44,368 nucleotides of DNA, taken from Basidiobolus meristosporus CBS 931.73. Taxonomy: Eukaryota; Fungi; Basidiobolomycota. The notes beneath the pieces are model-generated. The model saw only the letters and a program-made list of their open reading frames with translations, was not told where the DNA came from and did not search any database. Location: NCBI GenBank assembly GCA_002104905.1, contig MCFE01000697.1, positions 1 through 44,368 of the forward strand, written 5' to 3'. This document shows positions 12,698-30,100 of the stretch, piece by piece; the stretch's first letter is position 1, and each line of letters starts with the position of its first letter. The position numbers and the translations under genes are program-made.

Positions 12698-13361
12698 GTG
12701 GCTGAATGCTGAATGGAGAATCCTGAACGAACCCACGCTCCACTGGAACCAACACGTTTTCTCCCTCACGACCAAAAATTTTCATTTGGGTGATTTGGGT
12801 TTTTTTAATCACCAGTAATCGAGGGATTTGATCAAATATCCATTTCGTGTGTAACTCTTCCAGCCAGCTGAGGAATATTTCTGCATCCGAACATTTCATC
12901 CCCCAACCCATAACCTGTCAAGGATTCGGGTTCTGAAGAAAAGCGAATCCCCTGCCCTCATGGTTCCGTACAAATGTCTATAAGCGCACAGAGTCGCAAA
13001 GTTTACTCCAGCTGTCCTGTACAGCTGCAGAATTATCATTTTGCGCTAGTGTAGCTTTAGAGTATTAGGCTCCTTTGGAGTCAAGTGTAGGTCTTAAACT
13101 AGTTCCGTTCCTACTACGGTCCAAGTAATGTACTTCACACTGAAATCTAAATATCAAGAAAAATCATCATCCAAAACCCTATTAATTGATACGTAAATAT
13201 GTGCAAATTAATCATCAGTGTAATCTGGTCAATTCTAAATTCGATCGACATTTGTTGTTTAATCTCATTTATGGTGGAGGTATTAATCTATACATGCTCT
13301 ATATCGACGTTTGCTGTCGTGGAGCATATATACTCCTTAGTTCTATTCATAACTGGTAGCC

Positions 13362-14996
13362 ATGAACCTAGGAAACATATCCAACAACGAATTACTTTTC
13401 GCAAGCATCAACCAAGATTTCAGGTCATCGGCTCCTTACCAGCTCTATCTGATTCGTGCCTGACTGACTTTCCTGATAAATAGTTGCGTTTCTGTCGGAA
13501 CTAGAAATGGTTATAAGATATACAACAGCGACCCTTTTGGAAAGTGCTACTCCAAGTGTAGGTTTCATAACACTTTCACCGATTTCCTGGCACCTTCTAT
13601 TAAGCTTCATTAATTAGCCGAAGGAGGTGTAAGTGTAGCGGAGATGCTATTCTGTACTTCTCTCGTCGCTGTAGTTGGAGCTGGTGATGAGTCTGGATTC
13701 TCTTCAAGACGTCTGCAAATCGCCAATACCAAGGTTTGAATATACATCCCGAGTAACTTTGGTGGCTTCTACTAAGGCTTATCTCCTTTTGTCAATAGCG
13801 CGAAACCATCATCTGTGAATTGACCTTTCCAGCCACCATATTGACAGTGAAGATGAATCGTCGTAGGCTCGTAGTTGTCTTGGAAGTGCAAATCTATGTA
13901 TACGACATCAGTAACATGAAGTTGCTTCATATCATTGAGACTAGCCCAAACCCTCACGGTACCTAACCCCATTCTATCCCGAGCTTGATAATGGGCTGAC
14001 TGCTAATCAACGGTTTAATTATGCCTTAGCTGTATGCGCACTGTCCCCCTCAAATGATAACTGCTACTTAGTGTACCCTTCGCCCTCCCCCTCCCCCTCA
14101 CCATCCTCCCCATTCTCATCACCAGCGGTGACAGCAGGGAATGGCTCAGCCTCTGGAGATATTCTATGCTTTGATGCTATTTCACTTCAGAACGTAAACT
14201 ACGCTCAAGCACACAAAACCCCGCTATCGTGTATCTCTATCAGCTCGGATGGTAACATGGTTGCTACTGCAAGCGACAAGGTTGGAGGGATGGAATGCTC
14301 TTTCAACGAAACTTCGCTAACCCTTTACTCAGGGAACGGTGATCCGAGTATTCTCTCTGCCCAGCTTCCAAAGACTCTATCAATTTAGACGTGGGACCTA
14401 TCCAGCACGCATTTACTCTATATCCTTCAACGTGGTCAGCACCCTGTTGAGCGTTTCGAGTGATACGGAGACAGTACATATTTTCCGACTATCGAAGAGC
14501 CAAGAGAACGGGGGGAGAGATGGCCTCGCTGGGGAAGAACAAAGCCAAAGGCTATCGAAACGGCCTTCTGCGGGACCTGGAGTGTCGTAAGTTGTTTATA
14601 CCGTCACCAAAGCAGTTTCCAGAGGTATTCACACCCCCTATTATGCACAAGTGGAATGGTTCGCAAAACCTCGTTCCACCAGAAGCTAGCCGGGAACGTT
14701 GGTGCTCTCCTTCCGGGTTCGTTGACGGAGATGTGGGAGCCAGTGCGAGACTTTGCCTATCTTAAACTGCCTAGCGCAGGGGTTCGAAGTCTTGTTGCCA
14801 TTAGCAGGTTCGTCACCAATTCGATCCAGCCAGGAAAATTCGATTAATCAAGCTCCCGCATTTTAGCTCCACTCCAAAAGTAATGGTGGTCACCTCGGAT
14901 GGCTATTTGTATCAATATAGCATTGATTTGGAAAGTGGCGGAGAGTGCATATTGACTAAACAGTACAGCCTGCTTGACGGGTCTTCCGCAGAGTAG
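13362..14996 (+). CDS. ATG18: PROPPIN WD40 autophagy protein Atg18/WIPI, multi-exon
   Basis: [74 protein letters not shown] (FRRG phosphoinositide motif), [12 protein letters not shown]. Confidence 0.92.
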
Positions 14997-15571
14997 CCTC
15001 CTATCCTTCCAATCACCACCCCATCAGTGTCAATTCCAAGAGTCAATATAATATCCGCACATTAACTGAATCCAAATGTTGGGCAATCTAAAAGCACCTT
15101 CCATCCACCACTCAAAACGGAAAATCTAACCTGTATAGTTCGATTTTGGGGAGGGGAATGGGTAGAGTTTATCCAGGATTTCACTCACCCGCCCGCATTC
15201 CTTTCGACTGTCAGTTTTTCTGTTTCGAATAGATTATTTGCAACAAATCAGCGTGTACTGAACCCGAAGGCCTGGCCCAAAGGAACTATTTTGATTCAGC
15301 AGTGATCCCTCCTCACTCGCTTGCCCGTTTCCACGAACGCTTAATTAGACAATCACCTTCTATTTGCGTATATAAAGACGAATCGGATGGCTTACCACCA
15401 CTGAAAACTAATCTGGGAAGCAGTTTGTTTGGATTGGGAGAAGTGGTCTTTCTAGATTGGGATGGCTCAGCAGGCAGCAGGATTTTCAGATAAGAGTATC
15501 TCGAGCTTTACTGCGCTTATATATACGTGATTCCTTGAAACCCATCCCTCTTACTGTGTCAGAAACTCACC

Positions 15572-16102
15572 ATGTGCTTAATCAACTTCCCTCCCTATGA
15601 AACATCAACACTCCCTTCCGACTTCATCCAATCGAATCCCCAAAGCGGGGTGTCGGTCTCCCTGAGGGAGATCATCGACCGGTTCGCAAACAAACCAGAT
15701 ATCATGGATCTACTGTTAAAAGCCAAGATCGAAGAGGATAGGCGGCTAACGGAGCAGTATCGCTGCCAAGTGGAGTTAGCCCACGAGGAGATGAAACAGC
15801 GTGAGCTGGAGAATCTGGACCAACAGCGGGAGTCCGACAGCCCCCCGGTGCCCGAGGGGGACAGCTTCGTTGACAACCTCTTGTCCAATCTGGAGTTGGA
15901 CCTGGATTTTTTGGAACGGGCGGAGCCCAACCTTCTGGACAACGCTCCGGTCAGTCAACTTAAACGCAAAGCAGCCGTGGACCTGTGCAACACATTTCTC
16001 TCTCTCTCCGGAGAAGAGCCGGCCCCGCGCAAGGTCCGGGTTCAGCATGCAACCAAGAAGAAATCGCCCCAACAGAAGTTCATGCAAAGGATAAAGCTAT
16101 GA
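15572..16102 (+). CDS. Hypothetical protein, coiled-coil-like core (176 aa)
   Basis: Open frame with C/G-rich third positions, helical segment DIMDLLLKAKIEEDRRLTEQY, basic C-terminus; no family recognised. Confidence 0.5.
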   Translation: MCLINFPPYETSTLPSDFIQSNPQSGVSVSLREIIDRFANKPDIMDLLLKAKIEEDRRLTEQYRCQVELAHEEMKQRELENLDQQRESDSPPVPEGDSFVDNLLSNLELDLDFLERAEPNLLDNAPVSQLKRKAAVDLCNTFLSLSGEEPAPRKVRVQHATKKKSPQQKFMQRIKL

Positions 16103-16203
16103 GGGGGGGGGGTCATCCAACGACTGTCAATATGTAAATATACAAATCAACCATAATAAATAGTTCAAGTAGGTTTTATACAAATCAACCATATTCAATG
16201 GGT

Positions 16204-20940
<4,737 letters not shown>

Positions 20941-21197
20941 TATGGTTTCCTGGTGTCAAGTCAGCAACGATCAATACATCAGCTATTTGCATTTCTAAAC
21001 ATGCTTGTTGATTTCGTATCGTGTCAGGATCCTGATCTAATCACATTGAATTTAACTAGGTTTCTAACACTTGAAATCAGAAAAAATCCAAAATAACCGC
21101 TTTATTCAAGCGAACTCCGATCTGTCGTATTTAAATACCAATTTTCAGCAGGTTGCGCTTCTTATTTCACTCGTGTAGTTTGGCGAAATTCACGTCA

Positions 21198-23518
21198 ATG
21201 GGCTGGAAACCAACAGGCACTAACGTGGTTCCTCTAGGAAAGAGAAGTAGAGCCTCGCAATTTTTCGACGATGACGAAGTAGATCAGCTTGCTCCAGCTC
21301 CACCTGCCCCTCCACGTTCTCCACCACCACCACCACCACCCCCTCCACCTACCTCTGATGAACCCGATCGACAACGTCGCAACGATCAACCAGGTAAAAT
21401 GTGTTGCAGTAACTCTTCCTACCAAGTATAGCTACTTCAAGGGTTTGGCCTCTTGATGAACTCTTTCTATCTATATCTTCCTTTCGAGAGCTTTGGCTTT
21501 ACTTTCACTGGGGGAAATTCTTTTTTCAAAGGGGAAGCGCTAGAATATGCGAGAAATCAAGTTGACAACTTAATTTTGCACTATGCTATGGTCAAGCCAT
21601 ACGCAGCACTACCTTACTCGTAAAAAGTTCGCTTTCCTCGAAAAGATTTAGCTGCTAACCTGATCCAAAACGATCTTTTCACAGCACCCGCAATTTCACC
21701 TCACCTTCTTTTTTACGGAACTAATTAGAGTTGGATCCACCCCTCCCCCTTTTTACACCCTGGTTGTTTCTCCCTTTTTCGGCTCAACTAACCTTTGTTT
21801 AGAAGAGAGAGAAGGGCGCAGGAGAAAGAGACGCAGCCGCTGGGGAGATGAAACTAACAAAGTCAGCATTCCTGGTATGCCATCCATCCTTCCTTCCAAC
21901 ATGACCAAGGAACAGTCGGAGTTGTATGTCAGTAAGTAGCAACCATGAGAGAGCACTTCTATACGCCAACCTTTCCCTTACTTACTCGATGACCTTCAGT
22001 ATATATGCGCTTGGAGGAAATCAACCGCAAGCTACGTATCGGTGACTACATTCCACCAGAATCAGAGAGGTATTTACATCATGAATGTTTATTCAAGAAT
22101 CCTAGCTTATCTGAGCCTCTAGATCACCCTCTCCGGAGCCAGTGTACAATTCTGAGGGAAAGCGTGTCAACACCAGAGAGTTTCGCTACAGAAAAAAGTA
22201 TGAGGACGAAAGGACCAGGATCATCGAGAACGCTATCAAGGCCTACCCTACATTCAGACCACCTGCTGATTACAAGAGACCAACCAAGATCCAGGAAAAG
22301 GTTTACATTCCTGCCAAGGAGTTCCCGGAGATCAACTTTATTGGTCTGCTCATTGGCCCTAGAGGAAATACGTTGAAGAAGATGGAAACCGAATCCAACG
22401 CCAAGATCAGTATCCGTGGCAAAGGGAGTGTCAAGGAAGGAAAGTCCCGGCAGGATGGTGCTATGGCACCTGGCCAGGATGAGGATCTGCATTGCCTGAT
22501 CACCGCCGATGACGAAGAGAAGGTCAAAAAGGCTATCAAGATGATCAACAAGATTATTGAAACGGTAAGTATCCTCCGTTCAGCATGAGCTAACTTCCGT
22601 GTATTAAACTGTGTTGCAGTCCTCCTCCGTCCCCGAAGGTCAAAACGAGCTCAAACGCCAACAGCTCAGAGAACTGGCTGCTCTCAATGGTACTCTCCGT
22701 GATGACGAGAACCAAACATGCACCAATTGCGGTGCTGTTGGACATCGTAAATACGAGTGCCCAGACACGCAGAATTTCACGGTCAACCTGGTCTGTCGTA
22801 TCTGTAATGGTGTTGGCCATACAGCAAGAGATTGTATTCAACGAAACAATCCTGAAGCGTTGGAGCAGGCTAGACAGAGAGATCAACAGTTGGATCATGA
22901 GTATCTCAGCTTAATGGCGGAACTTGGTGAAGATGTACCCGAAGGCTCTGCCGCTCCGAAACCATATGGTGACGCTATTCCTGCTGCACCTGTGATGGCG
23001 GTAAGCTTGTCCTGACATCAATCTTCAAAGCAACTGCTGATCAATCATCTCCTTAGGGTCAGTATGGATCTACCGACACAGCTTGGGGTAAGGCGGACCC
23101 TGGTGTACCTGCTGCACCGGGCGCTGCTGCCGGGTGGGCACAGCCTGCTGGTAAGCATTCGCAAACGTCATCTTGTTAATGGAATAGGATATTTAGTCTC
23201 GCTCAAACTCAACACAGGTGATGCCGCCTGGAATTATAGCTACGCTCAAGGCTATCCCTCATACCCGGGCATGTATGGCAACTATGCTGCTGATCCAAAC
23301 GCCGCTTATGCTTCATATGAAGGCTACGCTGCCTATTCACAAGCCCCAGCATACCCACCGCCCCCACCTCCAGGGGCAAGTACGGTAAGTATCTGAACGT
23401 AGATGAAAAACAATTACCATTAGAAGCAATCCAACCCAAATACCCACTCTATATTTAGGACTCTCCCCAGCCTCCTCCGGAAGTCTCTCCACCACCACCT
23501 CCTCCACCATCCTCTTGA
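21198..23518 (+). CDS. SF1: Branchpoint-binding protein / splicing factor 1 (KH-QUA2 + Zn knuckles), multi-exon
   Basis: MGWKPTGTNVVPLG, RRKRRSRWG (U2AF ligand motif), RSPSPEPVYN, KVYIPAKEFPEINFIGLLIGPRGNTLK, CTNCGAVGH and CRICNGVGH knuckles, Pro-rich tail. First intron 21394-21802. Confidence 0.93.
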
Positions 23519-24124
23519 ACAGCTACCAAATAGGACGTATTGCGGTTTATAGTATATTAGTGACTCTACTTATTCAATGGTGTCGTGAAAACCCCAGTTG
23601 CACTTCCAGAGATATCATCCGATCCCAGCTAACTGGATCGTGGATAGTTCTATTTTCTAGCAAATAAAGATGTGTTTCGTATAGATCGATTTCATACAAC
23701 CTGACCATGCGCATTGATTTGGCAATTTTTCAACATGGGACCTGCTGCCTTCTCGAGTGCAGGTCGAGCCGTTCCTGTCAAGCCGCACACCACCCCTCCA
23801 CGACCCATCTGGGCGAGCTCGCAAGGGTTCACATGTTCTCCCCAGAAGATAGGGTTACATCATCACCAAGAAAAGTAGTCCTGACTCTCGCCGAAGATCG
23901 TGATAAACCATCATGTGAACAAATCCGATTTGGCCCATCCATTTTAGACCTTATCCAAGATAACTAGGGACTGATGACAAGCTCCAAGACAACTAGAGAC
24001 TGATGACAAACGTGGACTTCGACAGAGGTTCTAGATGATGCACACCCCCCGATGATGCCACGGATGGCGGTTTATACGTAGACGACGGAGCCTCCTCTCT
24101 ACCGCGGTATACGGTGAGTTTGCG

Positions 24125-24131
24125 TGAGTCA
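24125..24131. promoter_or_regulatory. Gcn4/CpcA (AP-1-type) site TGAGTCA, distal
   Basis: Perfect TGA(C/G)TCA ~400 bp upstream of aspartokinase; context TGAGTCAACA matches the proximal site. Confidence 0.5.
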
Positions 24132-24343
24132 ACATGTGTAACGAAGCTGTAGCGCGACCTTTGATCCGCAATTACAGGAGCGTTATCTTGCGATCAAGCC
24201 TCACCACAGCCCAATAGATTTAATCCCGCAACAGACTATTCAGGTACGCTGTTGAGCGATTTACCGAAGCTGGCCAGCAAGTTAGATCTGAGCTGTAGAG
24301 CCGATGAATTCGGAAAGTTCCCATATGGAGATAAGAGATAAAA

Positions 24344-24350
24344 TGAGTCA
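24344..24350. promoter_or_regulatory. Gcn4/CpcA (AP-1-type) site ATGAGTCA, proximal
   Basis: Perfect site ~190 bp upstream of the ATG and upstream of TATAAAA (~24430). Confidence 0.55.
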
Positions 24351-24533
24351 ACACCACTCAGGCGATCGGCTACTTGCCCGCTCGATTATCGCTAATCTAA
24401 TTCATTCTCCGCGCACTCCGTCGCCGCTCTATAAAAATCCCCAAATCGTGCGGGAGCTCACCACTACTCTCCCTATTGTTCAGGGTTTCAAATCAACCAA
24501 GTCTCTGCTGGTCCTTCCTTACACCACCTCGTC

Positions 24534-26048
24534 ATGCAAATCACCCAAAAATCCAACCCCTCTAACAAGCCTTGGCTGGTACTGAAATTCGGCGGTACGA
24601 GCGTCGGCAAGTTTCTCAACCAAATCACCGAAGTCATCGTGAAGGGCGCATTGGAAACCCACCGCGTGGTCGTCGTGTGCTCGGCTAGAAGCAACGACGT
24701 GAAATCCAAAGGTACCACCAGCAGACTTATCCATGCCTCCGAGGAGGTCCTACACACTGGCTCCAAAAGCCATCTTAGCATCGTGCAGGATATTTTGGAG
24801 GATCATATCGAAGCAGTCAATGCGGTCATCCTCAACCCCGACATCCGTCAGCAAGTCATTCAGGAATTGACTGCTGAGTGTCGTAAGCTTCAGGCCTTCT
24901 TGACCGCGGCCGAGGTGATCAACGAAGTCTCACCAAGATCCAAGGATATCATCATCGGATGTGGAGAGAAGCTGGCGTGCATCTTTGTTGCTGCCGCCCT
25001 GAAAGATAAGTATGTTGATGCCCAGTATGTCTCCTTGGAGAGAATCGTGGACAAACATTTCGAGGCTGGGAAGCTCGATCAATCCTTCTACGATTACCTG
25101 GCTGAACGGTTTGCTGCCTCTGTCGAGGATTGCGAAAACAGGGTCCCGGTGGTCACCGGCTACTTCGGATCAGTTCCTGGAGGTATTTTGCATAGTATCG
25201 GGAGAGGATACACCGATCTTACTGCCGCCTTGTGCGCAGTCGGACTTCAGGCTGAAGAGTTGCAAGTCTGGAAGGAAGTCGACGGTATCTTCACCGCTGA
25301 TCCTCGCAAGGTTCCTACCGCCCGTCTTCTGAATATTATTACTCCAGAGGAAGCAGCTGAATTGACCTACTATGGCTCCGAGGTGATCCATCCATTCACC
25401 ATGGAGCAGGTGATCCGTGCTCAGATTCCAATCCGCATCAAGAATGTACAAAACCCAGCGGGAAACGGTACCATCATCTTCCCCGACAGCATGTCCAGCA
25501 AAGGCGGAAGCCCCCCACCTGCACCCAAGTTCTTATTGGAGAACGGATACCAGTTAGATCTGTCCAGAAGACACCCCACCGCGGTCACTATCAAGGACAA
25601 CGTGGTTGTCCTCAACATCCATTCCAATCGGAAGTCCGTTTCCCATGGTTTCCTAGCCAATATTTTCTCCACGCTAGATAGATTTGGGATTATTGTTGAC
25701 CTGATTTCTACCAGTGAAGTCCATGTTTCGATGGCCTTAAGCGCAACCCTGCTGGACCATAATCTGGAAGGGGCGCTGGCTGAGCTCGGAAAGCTTGGCA
25801 GGGTCGATGTTTTAAGGCAGATGGCTATCCTGAGTCTGGTTGGAAAGCAGATGCGAAATATGGTCGGTATTTCCGGCTTGCTATTCGCGACCTTAGCCGA
25901 GGCCCACGTCAACATCGAGATGATTTCCCAAGGATCATCCGAGATCAACATCTCCTGCGTCATAGAGGAGCGGAAATCCAAAGAGGCGCTTGTCGCCATC
26001 CACAACACATTAATAGAAAAGACCAACCACGCGCTACTCGCTGAGTAG
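24534..26048 (+). CDS. HOM3: Aspartate kinase (fungal type, C-terminal ACT domains), intronless
   Basis: WLVLKFGGTSVGK, VVVCSARS, IGRGYTDLTAAL, VWKEVDGIFTADPRKV, ELTYYGSEVIHP, VDLISTSEVHVS, IEMISQGSSEINISCVI. Confidence 0.95.
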   Translation: MQITQKSNPSNKPWLVLKFGGTSVGKFLNQITEVIVKGALETHRVVVVCSARSNDVKSKGTTSRLIHASEEVLHTGSKSHLSIVQDILEDHIEAVNAVILNPDIRQQVIQELTAECRKLQAFLTAAEVINEVSPRSKDIIIGCGEKLACIFVAAALKDKYVDAQYVSLERIVDKHFEAGKLDQSFYDYLAERFAASVEDCENRVPVVTGYFGSVPGGILHSIGRGYTDLTAALCAVGLQAEELQVWKEVDGIFTADPRKVPTARLLNIITPEEAAELTYYGSEVIHPFTMEQVIRAQIPIRIKNVQNPAGNGTIIFPDSMSSKGGSPPPAPKFLLENGYQLDLSRRHPTAVTIKDNVVVLNIHSNRKSVSHGFLANIFSTLDRFGIIVDLISTSEVHVSMALSATLLDHNLEGALAELGKLGRVDVLRQMAILSLVGKQMRNMVGISGLLFATLAEAHVNIEMISQGSSEINISCVIEERKSKEALVAIHNTLIEKTNHALLAE

Positions 26049-26426
26049 GCCAATCGTGTATATTCCCTTCACTCTGTCACCAATGTTCGCATTTGTGTAT
26101 GCAGCACCGTTTTGTCCTATAGTCACCACCGCGGAATTCGTGTGAATTTCAATAAAACCCTAAAGCGTATGTAACAGTCGTGATTAGAGTCACAGCCATA
26201 TTTACCGGCCATTCACGTGACGGGCAGCCATCAATCAATTGTGCCTGTCATGAAGTTGTTGCCTGAAAAATTGCTTAAGCTAAACATCTCTTTACGCACT
26301 TCTCATGGAAATCACCTAACCTGTAGGAAAATTCCTTACCCCGGACCTCATCCAAAAAAAAGGACGTCAGCTAATAAATACACAAAAGGGTTGTGCGGAT
26401 TCTCTCTCTGTCATATATAGGTCAAA

Positions 26427-26810
26427 ATGGTACGTTTACTTTATCATGTCGATCGATGGATGAATGGATTTACTTAGTTGGATGTATAGGCCAAGAAAGA
26501 CGCTCCCGCTAAGCCTAGTTCCGGTGGAAAGAAGACCAAGAAGAAGTGGTCCAAGGGAAAGGTCAAGGATAAGGCCAACAACTTGGTCGTCTTCGACCAG
26601 GCCACTTTGGACAAATTGATGAAGGAAGCCCCCACCTACAAGCTCATCACCACCTCTGTGTTGGTTGACCGTCTTCGTATCAACGGTTCCCTTGCCCGTG
26701 TTGCCCTCAGAGAGTTGGAAACCCAAGGTTTGATCCAAAAGGTCTCCACCCACGGCTCACAATTGATCTACACTCGCTCTATCAGCGCCGGTGGCGAGGA
26801 AGCCAACTAA
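26427..26810 (+). CDS. RPS25: 40S ribosomal protein eS25, copy b (ATG exon, intron 26430-26489)
   Basis: Same protein as copy a; GTACGT..TAG intron after the ATG. Confidence 0.95.
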
Positions 26811-26821
26811 ACTGAATAAAA

Positions 26822-26987
26822 CAGTACTTTAAACCGATGTTGCCCTATTCGCGTTATGTAGTGTTATGAAAGCAGTACTTTAAACCGATGTTGCCCTATT
26901 CGCGTTATGTAGTGTTATGAAAGCAGTACTTTAAACCAAGGCTGTCCTATTCGCCCTACTGTCACGGGCCATGCAGTGTTATGAAAG
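26822..26987. repeat. 51-bp tandem repeat (2 exact + 1 degenerate)
   Basis: Unit CAGTACTTTAAACCGATGTTGCCCTATTCGCGTTATGTAGTGTTATGAAAG at 26822 and 26873; diverged third unit at 26924. Confidence 0.9.
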
Positions 26988-27197
26988 CCCATTGTTATTG
27001 TTGATGTTTTGAATGAACGCTATTGATGCGAATCTAAAATTCTGAATCTATTGGCACAGACGATGTATCCCAGATATTGATTCATTGAGAATTTCTGGTA
27101 ATACACGATCGGGTATACTGCTTGATTTATGGTGGGCCATCATTAAAACCGTGGGTTGTCAAAACCAAACCTCTTTACATACTTAGTATTGATACAC

Positions 27198-30100
27198 ATG
27201 AGCGCATATCAAGGGCATCATGTCGTCAAAGCCATACACGACTTTTATTCCTTAAAGAAATCTGACTTGAATTTCGAGAAGGGTAAGTGGAAGGGAATAT
27301 CTCTATACAACGGCCCCTGCCTAAACCGCTCTTCACCACTCTCGTAGGAACTATCATCGAAGTGATAGATTCAGGTAGGTCTCCATTCCCCATGTCTGTA
27401 TCAAGGGGTGTTATTGACTCTGCGTTTAGAGAATCCTCACGAGTGGTACGGAAAAATCGTCACCACCAATCAGTTTGGTACTTTCCCACCCGACATCGTC
27501 AAGACCATGTAAATATCCCTTTTGCCCCACTTGATACACAACCTACTGTACAGATTCAGTGGCTGATCGATTTACGTCGGGTTTTTTAGTTACCTAGATG
27601 ACAAGGTGGCCCCTCCACAAAAGGAAGAGAACGTCATATACGAAACAACAGAGGTTAGGTTGTCTGATTTGGCCGAAGATGAAAATCTAGAGGATATACT
27701 CCTTTCGTGGGCAGAGGAGGAGAACAAATTTATCGAGTTCACCAAGAATAACCCACACGTAGCGTTGAAAAAGCCCGAACAAACGAAACCTAAGGTTTTG
27801 CGTGATTCTTCTGGGAGCTCCCTTTCTGTCACTCCTAGAGGCAGCATTTGGGGAAAGGGTACCAGAGAAAGCAGTAAGAAAGGGCTCGGTGGCTTTCCTA
27901 ATAAACCTACCGGTGCCGGGCTTGGACTGACCCTGAGGTCGGAGAGTAAAGCCTCTTCGATCTATCCTCGCTCGCCCACACCCTCTCAATTGGGCCGATT
28001 GAGTGACGGTGGTCTTCGGAAAGGGTTGTCTCCAAGCCGGCTAGGAGGTCAGATGCTCTCCCAGGCTGGCCGGAAGGATTTCAGTTTCAAGGGAAGAGAG
28101 CGACCTCATTCCTCATTATCTTACTCCGATGAAAGCGAGCGATCCATGTCCAGGTTAAGTAGCTTTAGATCTGATTCGCGAATGACCAGCAATTCAGATC
28201 CCCTTGACGAGGACTACTCCCCAAGAGCATCGCGTCTCACTAGCCTATCTGACCGAGAAACCCCCGATCTCGACGATGTTCTTTCATCCACTTTAAACCA
28301 GCTAGATAAGCTGCAGCTGGACTCTGGACGCAGTAGTAGCCAAGATCAGCAGCTACCTCAGGCATACTATAATGGAGATTCGAATGAGATTGATACGCAT
28401 AGAGGTAGATTTAACGTCTCACCACCGCTCACCGACACCACGAGTACTTTGGTGCCTTCGGAACACGAGGAAATCGAAAAGAGATTCACGATCTCGCCCA
28501 CGATGGCTGAGACCGATACCATAGGCAGATATGGTCTTTCCCCTGAGCACGAAGCGACTTCGAAGTTTGATATCTCCCCGCCCCATCCCGAGCTAGCAGC
28601 GGAGCCTGTGCAGGGCGGGGTTAGTGCGCCGTACTCAGACTCCGGATATCAAAGCTCCGTCATGTCTGCGGGGGCCTACTCTACGCCCTACAATTATCCA
28701 TACATGCCTGACCCAATGTACATGAACACCATGCCTCACATGCCCTACTATCCCAGCCCACACCCGTATTACTCCCAGGGCGGATATGGATCGTACGCTG
28801 GGTATCCACAGGGCATGATGGGGTCGCAAAACTATGCCATGCATATGATGGGTAATCCTCAGTACCGCAATGGCCCCGGTCCGGGTGGAATGGACAACCT
28901 CCCCTCGAGCACGAACCAGATTCAGCCTCAACCACAGCGGGCCAACTCCGAGAGCACCGAGCAATTCCGCGCGGCAAAGCCAGCAGAAAAAAGACTCCCA
29001 TATCGTGGAATGCCCAGAACAAGCATGGCCAATGGGGAGACCTACAACCATCTCACCACCAAGCTAAAAGAGAAGCTCAAGAAGACCAAGGCCATGGGAC
29101 CCATGGAGACGCTGCTCATGTCATCCTCCGTTGGGAAGGGCAAGATCAATCTGGATATCAGCCTCATGGACTTCTACGATATCGATACGAAGGCCCGTGC
29201 TACCGAGTACCCAGGTGCCTACGTATCTCCTAGCGACTTTTGCCGAGGCGCTCTCACCGCCACATACACCGATGAGATTTCCAAATCTCGCGCCATCTTC
29301 ATATGGATACTGAAGAACATTTCGTATCCCGGAAAGCATAAGCCAGTGTCCATCACCGGCACGGAGACTCCCGAGTTCCCCAAAGATGTTTGGGAAAAAA
29401 AGGTGTGCAAACGAGAGGGCTTTGCCATTCTTTTCCACGAGATGGCCCAAGCATGCGGGTTAGAAAGTTACATCATCACGGGATATCAAAAAGGCCCCAC
29501 CGACGAGTACTTCGGTACCGCGCAGACACCGCTTCCAAACCACTGGTGGAACGCGGTCAAGGTCAATGGGGAGTTCCGATTCATTGACATCGGGTCGGCC
29601 TCTCCGTTGCATCTGTACAACCATCTCAAGCAGCCGGATTACTTCTACTTCCTTGCGCACCCGCTTCACTTCATCTATACGCACTACCCCAATAACCCCA
29701 AATTCCAATTCCTAAGCCCGCCCATCTCGCCCAAGATATTCTGGGCCCTTCCCTATATCCAGCCCAGCTTCTTTTATGACGAGATCAAGTTCATCGATTA
29801 CACCGATAGCATCTTCCAACTCGAAGACGAGGAGACGGGCGAGTTCTCGATCATGCTACCCAGCGGCCTGGGATGCTTTGCTGAGGTGGATATACCCAAC
29901 AAGAACGCCACCTACTACAACCACTTGCGAACCCTCGTACACATCTCAGAGCAGGACGGCCAAAATATAGCGCGCATCAGCATCCGCCTAAACAAAGGAA
30001 AGGGGTCAGGCTTCTTGAAGGTGTTTATTGGGCCAAAGATTCAGGTAGAGTGAACAGCATCCATGCCTCTTGCAGCATTCCGAAACTAACCATTGATCCT

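Noticed and set aside
23954-24009. 29-bp-period duplication TCCAAGAYAACTAGRGACTGATGACAA
   Set aside because: Two imperfect copies in intergenic DNA with no associated structure; ordinary local slippage.
24534-26048. Intronless HOM3 as horizontal transfer
   Set aside because: The sequence is clearly fungal Hom3-type and has a normal promoter; lack of introns alone is not evidence.
26187-26194. GAGTCACA as a Homol-D-like ribosomal-protein promoter box
   Set aside because: One mismatch to CAGTCACA and no counterpart found upstream of RPS25a.
26822-26987. Direct repeats as a CRISPR array
   Set aside because: Units are contiguous with no unique spacers, there are no cas genes and the context is eukaryotic.
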